From: Eledone cirrhosa
Lineage: Eukaryota
Direction: 5' to 3'
DNA length: 64,000 nt
NCBI GenBank assembly: GCA_964016885.1
Contig: OZ024752.1
Coordinates: 42,470,001-42,534,000, forward strand
The position numbers and the translations under genes were made by a program. Below are positions 53,483 through 64,000 of this stretch, in pieces. The number at the start of each line of letters is the position of its first letter. Within the stretch, counting starts at the first letter, position 1. Under the pieces are notes generated by a model. It ran no database searches. It was not told where the DNA came from and was given only the letters and a program-made list of their open reading frames with translations.

Positions 53483-54728
53483 TGAATATTTGTCATCATC
53501 CTCATTTTTTTCATTTTCAGTGATCTTTCCATTGTTGATAGCGTCATCTGCAACTTCTGACAGAACAAAGGAAAAAAGCAAATCATCAGATCAGACCAAA
53601 GAAACAATATATCCAATGGTCTTTCATTTGCTCATGCTGTACATTCATTATATACATTGGTCCGTACCTCCTGATGGAGTCGCAGAAACGCCTTATTGAC
53701 ATACAGTATTTCTCGGCCATTTTAAGCCTGGCGGAGCCCATCCTCTCCAGGTCTGAATACAGCAGATTTCTTCCAGAGAAAGATGTTAAGTGAGAGAGAG
53801 AAAAATGAGAAAGAGATATATAGGAAGAATGCACCCCAGTAGTAAACTGGTACCTTTTTATCGACCTCAGAAAACAGAGAGCAGAAATGAATACCATAAA
53901 GCACACTATCAGATGTCCAAACGAATCTGCGAATTCGTCGTATGCTGTACACTGATCAAAAAACTAGAAAGTGCTTTTCCAAGATAGGAGGCAGGATTTG
54001 AACTCAGAACACAGAGCCAAAACATCCTTTAACAATTCCACCATCTTTGGACTGATACTTTCATTATTGATCCCCCAAAACGCTGAAAAGCATATTTGTC
54101 TGACACTTTAACCCTTTAGCATTTAAACCGGCTGTATCCAGACAGAACTCTCTCACCTTTTTCTGTTCAAACCGGCCATAACTGGTCACTCATATTCACA
54201 TTAAGGTATTTGTTCCCAAAATGAAAAATATCAAAATCTCATAGATTCAATATTATCTGAGATAATTATGTAAGGTAAAAGCCTTTACTGTGAATAATAC
54301 AATAGTAAATATAGAGTAATATAAATGCTATGTGAGATAATAATGTAAGATAAACCTTTTACTGTGAAAAGACAATAGTAAATATAGAGTAATGTAAATG
54401 ATATGTGAGATAATAATGTAAGATAAAGCCTTTACTGTGAAAATACAATAGTAAATATTAGAGTAATGTAAATGCTAAAGGGTTATCAAAAGTCATCCAA
54501 AGTTCATTAGACAATGCCTACATAAGATTATTACAAGTGACACTCAACAGGTGATAAAGAGAACATAAAACCAATGCCAAACTTTAAGGTAACCTACCAC
54601 CAATAGCAACTACATTGTGCCTACAATGGAGCGTATGATTCATTGGTCACTGTTGGAAAAGCAAAGATGAGGGAGCACACAGTTATTGCTATGGAAACAG
54701 ATTCATAGCAAAAAAATCTGTGTATGTG

Positions 54729-54759
<31 letters not shown>

Positions 54760-55287
54760 AATAATAAATGTGAAGACTAAAATCAGATGAGGGCTCGATA
54801 AGGATTATATATATATATATATATATATATACAACCATAGAGCCAATATTTATTATGTGTACTGATTAAAGTTTAAGCACAGAATTGCTGCTTTCACCCT
54901 TTTACGGGATCTTCAGAAGATCCCGTAAAAGGGTGAAAGCAGCGATTCTGTGCTTAAACTTTACTCTGCGCATATAATAAATATTTATATATATATATAT
55001 AGGTCGCAATAGTAGTGTTTTCAATTGTATATATATATATATATATATAGCTATATAGCTACCAGGGAAAACGGTTATTAAATGCTGATGTGTATGTATA
55101 TATATGTGTGTATGTGTGTGTAGAATTATAGGTAGATTGCCACAGGGGATGGGGAGTTTAAATAGGTACTCAATACTTTGCTAGAGTATAGGCATTTTTA
55201 TTTCAAAATGACTTCTAAAGACTAGAGCAGTTTCATATGAAAGAAAGTTCTAGTACTGTAGAAGACACTACATATGTATATATATAT

Positions 55288-55321
<34 letters not shown>

Positions 55322-55389
55322 ATAGATAGATAGATAATATAGATATACACACAGACACACACACGTGTGTATCCCGGGCTTAATCGAGG

Positions 55390-55430
<41 letters not shown>

Positions 55431-56289
55431 CATCTATATATATTAGTGTGTGTATATATATATATATATATATTATCAACACAAAACCTGGTGGTGCCAC
55501 ATAAAATGCACACAATACACCCTGTATATTGATGGCATGAAGGACATCCAATAGTTGAAAAATGGCTAAAAAAAAAAAGAGTAAATAGGACTCAAGGGCA
55601 CAAAATCCTGCTTGGTGTTGATGACAATGAAAAACGCCCAGTACACTCTGTAAAGTAGTTGGTGATGAGTAGAATATTCAGCCATAGGAAATTTGCCAGA
55701 CAAAGGTTTGTCAAGGCACAAACTCCCTAACGTTGATGCAATGGTGAAACACACCCAGTACACTTTACAAAAATGGTTGGTGATAGGAAGGGCATCTTGC
55801 CAGACAAAGGGTTGAGAGGACTCTTCGTCGTCATCATCCTTCTCGCGTCTGTTTTTCTATATTTGCATAGGTTGATCAAGGCTTTTCTAGCACATACCCC
55901 ACTTAACTTGTTGCATCCCATTGCTGTGTGAGATTCAGGATTTTGAGATCTACTTTCATCACCTCTGCCCACGTCTTTCTTTCCACTGGGTTCTCTTGGC
56001 AGATCACCCAACAATCATCATCCAAACGCATCATCATCATGTTTAGCGTCCGTGTTCCACGCTTGCATGGGTTTGGACGGGGGTTTTCCCACTTGAGGCA
56101 AGAGTGGTTGTCTTGCTCGCATAGGACTGTCTGGCGGGTTTTCTACAGCTGGATGCCCTTCCTAACACCAACCACATTTACAGTGTGGGGCTGGGAGGTT
56201 TTTACCGTGTTGCCTACACGGCCACATTTACAGCGTGGACTGTGTGTTTTTTGTCGTGACACCTACACGATCTCATTTGTTTCACGTGT

Positions 56290-57180
56290 ACATACCTAAG
56301 CAGTCTCACCTGCACACTTCATATTATTCCTTTAATACCAATTTTTACTTTCACTTCATCCAAGTTTTGATATTTGCGTACATCACATCCCCATCAGAGT
56401 ATGCTCACTTCATTTCAATTCAGCCTTCACATATCTTCTACAATTACTGCCTGTGTCTCACTCCCATGCAATACCACACATTGCATGCAGGCACCATAAA
56501 GCAAGCCTTTTGGTCATAAAGAGAAACCTTTTATCAACAGAGGTAGTAGCTCCATGAACTTCTCCATCCTGTTCTTACTCTAGTGTCTATGCTTTCAGAG
56601 CTACATCCTGTACTGCTAATTAGGTAAGCAAAGGTAACACAAGTTATCACAAACCCCTGAAGACCCTTCTTGGAATTGGAAAAAGTTTATTTCACTGGAG
56701 CTCTTACTACTAAGTACCCTCTACATCTCACACATATAAGGTCAAACCTTTTCTGTTAGTTTGCCAACAATCCCAATACAACTTTTGTGAACCCATATTT
56801 AACACCGTCTACATTTTATATGGTTACTACCTATGCCTTTTCTATATATCTAGCATTATCTACATACAAAGTCTTCTCTTCCTATTAGTCTACCTGTTAT
56901 CCTGCAACATCCCTTGCTAATCCATGATTTACATCGCATAGAGTTTATGCCTACTCCTTTTCTACATATTGAGCAGGGCCACATCCCTGGGGGAATCCGG
57001 GACCTACCATCTTTCCTACTTACTAACACTTTAGTTTTGGCTAAGTTGACTCTCAGACCTTTCAATTCCAAATTCTGTTTCCATAGTATAGTCAGAATAT
57101 TCTCTAGTTCTTTTATAGATTCAGTTATAAGGACCAGCAACCAGTCTTCTTTCTTTCTTACTAAAACTTTGGACATTGCT
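56290..57180 (-). mobile_element. Degenerate RTE LINE fragments with Cys finger
   Basis: WKQNLELKGLRVNLAKTKVL, WPCSICRKGVG, DFVC; the finger region is partly duplicated. Confidence 0.75.
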
Positions 57181-58068
57181 CAACATATGTGCACCACTAG
57201 TGATTATCAGTTCTGTTTTTGAATGTCACAAACATAACAAATCTCCTTTGTTTTGGTGCCATCATAAAATGCACCCAGTAAAGTGAAAGGGAACATACAT
57301 ATTAAAAAAACAAAAGACGCTGTTCCCCAGGCCACTAGCTCCAATTGAGAAACTTAATTGATTGAGATGACATATCTAACCCTTCACAGCGGGACGGAAA
57401 AATAGATGTTAAATGTTGATGGTCGTGATAATGGTGTGTGTGTGTATCTGTATGTGTATCTGTATGTGTGTGCATGTGCATGTTTATGCCCCAAAACTTA
57501 AGAGTTCGAAAGAAATGAATTGGTAAAATAGATGATAAATGTTGATGATAATGGTGATATATGTATATATATGTGTGTGTGTGTTTATGTCACATAACTT
57601 AAGAGTTCAAAAGAAATTAATTGGTAAATTAACTACCAGCCATAAAAAATAAATAAATAAATAAATAAAATTCCTTCATGGTGGTGACCCCAACATGGTC
57701 ACAGTCAAGTGACCAAGACCATTAAATAAATCTTGAGACAAATAAAATTTACTGCACCCTGTAATAATAATAATGATAACAACAACAACAACAACAAAAA
57801 TAACAACAGCAAAAAGAAATAATGTCCTCATATTTAGAAAAGACTGAAGGAATAAAAAAAAAAAAGGATTTACCAATTAAAAAGAAATATAAATTTGTGA
57901 AACCTAAATATAGGAAATGCATGTGTATACACATACATATATATGTATGTATATATGTATGCACACATATACATATATATATACATATATATCTGTATGC
58001 ACTTTAGTTTCGGTTAAGTTGACTCTCAGCCCTTCCGATTCCAAATTATGTATGTGTGTGTATGTATG

Positions 58069-58115
<47 letters not shown>

Positions 58116-58167
58116 GCACATATATATATATATACATATATACACACATATATATATACACATACAT

Positions 58168-58206
<39 letters not shown>

Positions 58207-58382
58207 TGTTTATATATATATACATACATACACACATACATTATATATATATATATATATATATATGTGCACATATCTATGTTTGATGAAGTATGTGTTT
58301 AGTATAAGGGAAAATATATGTGAAATACTGAAATAAAATATTATAAACAAAAAAGTTTTGTTCCATGCTGGAATGAGTTGGA

Positions 58383-59070
<688 letters not shown>

Positions 59071-59440
59071 GGATATATAGAGAGATAGAGAGATGTATGG
59101 AAATGGGTCTCGATGTGTGTGTGTGTGTGTGTGTGTGCAGATGTGAATGTGGCATGTGACTGAGAATGATAGATAGATATATTAATACAGATAGATAGAG
59201 TGTGTGTGTGTGTGGGGGGGGGGGGGCATGTGACTGTGTGGAGATTATATATATATATATATATATATATATGGAGGCACATGGCTTAGTGGTTAGAGCA
59301 TTGGCCTTGCAATCGATAGGTTGTGAGTTCAATTCTCAGGCCGGGTGATGTGTTGTTTCCTTGAGCAAGACACTTTATTTCACATTGCTCCAGTTTACTC
59401 AGCTGTAGAAATGAGATGTTATCATTCCACTGCAAAAGTA

Positions 59441-60155
59441 GCACCCAGCACTCACTGCAAAGTGGTCGTGGAGGTGCCACGACAAAAAAAGCACCCAGCA
59501 CTCACTGCAAAGTGGTTGTGGAGGTGCCACGACAAAAAAAGCACCCAGCACTCACTGCAAAGTGGTCGTGGAGGTGCCACGACAAAAAAAGCACCCAGCA
59601 CTCACTGCAAAGTGGTCGTGGAGGTGCCACGGCAAAAGAAGCACCCAGCACTCACTGCAAAATGGTCGTGGAGGTGCCACGGCAAAAGAAGCACCCAGCA
59701 CTCACTGCAAAATGGTCGTGGAGGTGCCACGACAAAAAAAGCACCCAGCACTCACTGCAAAGTGGTCGTGGAGGTGCCACGGCAAAAGAAGCACCCAGCA
59801 CTCACTGCAAAGTGGTCGTGGAGGTGCCACGACAAAAGCACCCAACACTCACTGCAAAGTGGTCATGGAGGTGCCACGACAAAAAAAGCACCCAACACTC
59901 ACTGCAAAGTGGTCGTGGAGGTGCCACGACAAAAAAAGCACCCAGCACTCACTGCAAAGTGGTTGTGGAGGTGCCACGGCAAAAGAAGCACCCAGCACTC
60001 ACTGCAAAGTGGTCGTGGAGGTGCTACGGCAAAAGAAGCACCCAGCACTCACTGCAAAGTGGTCGTGGAGGTGCCATGGCAAAAAAGCACCCAGCCCTCA
60101 CTGCAAAGTGGTCGTGGGGTGCCACAACAAAAAAAACACCCAGCACTCACTGTAA
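59441..60155. repeat. 50-bp tandem repeat, ~14 copies, inside one SINE
   Basis: gcacccagca recurs at 59441, 59491, 59541 and onward; SINE head precedes and SINE tail follows. Confidence 0.97.
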
Positions 60156-60751
60156 ATGAGGTTGGTGTTAGGAAGGGCATCCAGCTGTAGAAATCAAGCC
60201 AGAATCAGTTCCCGTCCCACCCTTGCAAGCAGGGAAAAAGTGGACGTGAAATGAAATGAAATGAAATAGACAGATAGATAGATACAGATAGATAATGTGT
60301 ACAGTGGGTATGGGGATATGTGTGTATGTATGTAGTGTGTGTACATGTTTGTGCATGTGTATTTTTACACATTGGGCAGTGTTGAGTTTGCGCTAATTCT
60401 AATTTAGACGTTCAAATGTTCAAATATCCAATATCCAATAGGTGATCAATTAAAAAAATATATCAGATGTTGTGGGGGGTAGATTTCTAGTTGGCTGGGA
60501 TGGGGGTTATCTTGTGTTTACTGTATATATGTCATAGAATTTCTTGATATTGTATACATGTCGTAGAATTTAGAACTTAAAAATGTAACAAAACAAAAAT
60601 TAAAAAAATAAGTGTTAATACCAAACCACTTGAAACCCTAATCCTGGTTCTACCATATAAAATTGTTTTAAAGTGTTTATACTCGTATTTGTATGTCTTT
60701 GTGTATACCATATAAATCACATTAAATACATATAAACACTCAGTCAATTTA

Positions 60752-61821
60752 CGAGGTGTGTTAGGAAAGTACCAGGACAGTGTGCTGTGAGTGGGATAAG
60801 GATTAGCAGGCTGTGTCACCTTATGACATATCTACGACAACAGTTGATCATCATTCACCAATCGGACCGAGGAAGCAATGTTTCCATTAGTCTTTCCAAT
60901 TGCTAATACTATCTTCTATCGGTCGCAACTCCAGGCAGAACAGAGCAACGAGAAATAAAGTGTCTTGCCCAAGGACATAACGCATCGCCTGGTCCGGGAA
61001 TTGAACTCACAACTTCACCACTGCGAATCTAATTCTCTAACCACTCAGCCATGCGCCTTCACCATGACATAATATCAGGGGAGTATATATAACTGCAATC
61101 TCACCTCTCTGTAGCCATTGCATGTTTTAGGCCATCGAGTGATGTTTACAGAACAACAAACCAACCTGAATTTTCTGGTCCGGCCAGGGAAAACTCAGTC
61201 AGGAGCACTTGAAAAATTGCAGCAAGTGTAACGAGATGAGAAGCATTGTGCTCACAGGTTTTCAAGTGGTTTAAAGAGGGACAAGAGCACAAGGAAGACA
61301 GCCACAGGAGCGGAAGGCATTCAACAAGCAGGAATAAGGCCAACGTTGAATGTGTGAGGCAGGTGGCGTATGGCAATCGTCGGCTGACTCTTCAACAGAT
61401 CACAAGTGAGCTAAGCATGAACTGCGACAGCGATTGTAAGATTATCACAAAAACGATGCCAAAGCGGCTGAACAAGGACCAGAAGGAGCAGTGCATTCAG
61501 GTGTATCAGGATATCCTCGAGCGTCTTGAAACCAAACCAAACCAGACCAGACCAGACTTAGTGAGGAGAGTCATCACTGGTGATTGAGTCATAGATCTTT
61601 GAGTATAATCCATCTCGTAGATGTGGAAGCCATCCAAGGGGGCTGTGATGACGGGGTTGCAGAAAATTACAGACTGAAGTGAATGGAGCCGTGTCAGAAG
61701 AATGGGAAAGTGTGTTAGAGTCCAAGGAGATTATTTTGAAAGGGAAATCTTGTAGTGGGCAGTTTAGATTTGAAATATTTTTTTGGCAACCCCAGTCCTG
61801 TTTCTTTTCTGACACACCTCA
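60752..61821 (+). mobile_element. Decayed mariner transposon with an inserted SINE
   Basis: TIRs cgaggtgtgttaggaaagtaccaggac / gtcctgtttcttttctgacacacctca; remnants VFKWF..G......RSGR.ST, PKRLN.DQK, VITGD. Confidence 0.85.
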
Positions 61822-61826
61822 CATAC

Positions 61827-61869
<43 letters not shown>

Positions 61870-61984
61870 ATTAAATATATATATATATGTACACACTCAT
61901 TAAGTATATATATGTGGGTATATGTATATAATGTACATATATGTACATATATATAGCATATATGTATCTGTATATAATGTATAA

Positions 61985-62024
<40 letters not shown>

Positions 62025-62158
62025 TTATACATTATATACAGATACATATATGCTATATATATGTTATGTATACATATATATATATATATACATATATATA
62101 CATTATATACATATACTCACACATACACATATATAGTTAAAGCATGTATGTGTGTGTG

Positions 62159-62208
<50 letters not shown>

Positions 62209-62209
62209 G

Positions 62210-62257
<48 letters not shown>

Positions 62258-62819
62258 ATATAGAAAATATAAAATTTCATAATTATAATCGTATGAAAAA
62301 AATGTAGTTTTCAGGCACGCACTTTTTTTTTAGCGGTGATTTCTCTGGCCTCCTCCGAGTTGTCGCTGTAGCTCTGAGTTGCTGATCCTCTCATCGGTAA
62401 CCACTTTCGCAGAGAAGAGAGAGACGGTATCATTAGCTTTATCTTGGTTGAGTCACATCGACAAAGTACTTACAGCATTCATTCACAGTACCAGTACCTG
62501 CTAGCAGGGACTTAGAGATTTAAATCATTTAAATGAAAATGGCAATAAGTTTTTTTTTTTTTTTTTTTTTTTTTTTTGCCTTCAAAAAAAAAAAAAAAAT
62601 AAAATGGAAAAAAAAAAGAAAAGAAAAAAAAGAAAAATAAGAAAATTTACACTTCAGTCATTATAAGAGAATAGAAAAAAAAATATATTCATTGAAACCA
62701 AATGTTCAAAAATTAACCTTTCCCACAACAACCTCTCTGACTATACACATTGAAAATAGCTTTTCTATAACATACTCCCTGATCATACAATAAAAAACAC
62801 TTTCCTACATCAACCTCCA

Positions 62820-63085
62820 TCGAAAATTAACCTTCCCTCTGGCCCCACATGGAAAATTAGCCTTCCCACAGCATTCCCACTGGCCCCACATGGAAAATTA
62901 ACCTTCCCACAACATTCTAACTGGTCCCACATGGAAAATTAAGCTTCCCACACAACATCCCCACTAACCCCCACATGGAAAATTAACCCTCCTACAACAT
63001 TCCCACTAACCCCACATGGAAAATTAACCCTCCCATAACATTCCTACCAACCCCACATTAAAATTAACCTTCCCACAACATCCTC
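62820..63085. repeat. ~40-bp tandem repeat
   Basis: catggaaaattaaccttcccacaacattcccact units. Confidence 0.9.
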
Positions 63086-63775
63086 CCTGACTATATACAG
63101 TAAAACAAGGTTCATTTTTATGCAACCAAAACAAAAAAAAAAAACACACTGCTTAGAAGGATTAACCCAGTATGGTGTTATTTGCATTATATTAAAGCCA
63201 GAAATTAGAAAGTCTATGTTTGCAGCAAATGCATTTTGGCTAGTACAAAGTTTTAGTAAAAGTTTAATGAAATTAAAGGAGGCAGAAGCTACATCTGTTT
63301 AATCTAACATAAAATGTAGTACTTGTCTGGCAAGCGACTTGATCAAAGACCATGTGATGATATTTAACCTTCAGCACGCTTTGGGCGACAAAATGCACCA
63401 TATGAGTAATCTAACCTTAATAAATAATGCAGTGTCAAGGGAGAAACAACTCCTAAAAGTTACTAGCATGTTAAAGATTAAACACTTAATGAAATTAATA
63501 AAATTTTAGTAAATCCTTCGAAACCTTCTGACATGGCTAAAATTGGCTCTGATCCGATGAAACAAAACCACCCATTTTAAAAGGTTCCAATTAAAAACTA
63601 TATTTTAAGTTACTATGTGAGTATTATAATAATTAATAATTTTCGTAAATCCTAAAAATTTGTCAATTTTTTTAAATCAAATACATTTAATTAGAAATAT
63701 GGTAACAAACGGTTGAAGAGAAAATTGCTAGAATATTAAAATTTGATTCTCACAAGCATTCTCATGACTAAATTC

Positions 63776-63819
<44 letters not shown>

Positions 63820-64000
63820 TTATATATATATATACACAGGTAAAATTCTGTTATAATGAATACCATTATAACAGATTTTTCCGTATAAAGAAATTTGTTT
63901 TCAATCCCTAAATTAATAATATATGTTCAATTTGTTTCAGTCTATCTCATTATAAACAGTTTTTCGTAACAACAAATTTTTTTTTATACTCTGTGAAGTT

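Noticed and set aside
53490-53699. Possible plus-strand exon after ttttcattttcag
   Set aside because: Peptide not recognised, no partner exons, and flanked by repeats.
59345-60190. 281/247/197-aa ORFs
   Set aside because: Products of the 50-bp SINE-internal tandem array.

Overview
AT-rich, repeat-dense animal DNA. The SINE/LINE repertoire and huge (TA)n/(GGT)n tracts suggest an octopus-like cephalopod (inference only). Almost all long ORFs in the track are simple-repeat artefacts. Two real protein-coding signals are visible. (1) Four small minus-strand exons (36711-36800, 35062-35137, 32230-32344, 17589-17610), missed by the ORF track, splice into the C-terminal 100 aa of CFIm25/NUDT21 (CPSF5). 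(2) Inside the last 14.6-kb intron of that gene, on the opposite strand, is a ~3.32-kb tandem triplication. Each unit has an intronless ~240-aa ORF with a ParB/sulfiredoxin-like N-terminus resembling Rhs/CDI toxin-tip domains, a poly-Asp tract, 8-aa SPxR repeats and a C-terminal CaaX (CVII). The two inter-gene spacers hold a foldback element with histone-mRNA-like stem-loops. The window also contains about ten minimal type I hammerhead ribozyme folds in Penelope-like inverted repeats. The rest comprises tRNA-derived SINEs, RTE/L1/CR1 LINE fragments, decayed maT and mariner transposons, MITEs and minisatellites. Repeat boundaries were read by eye and are approximate.
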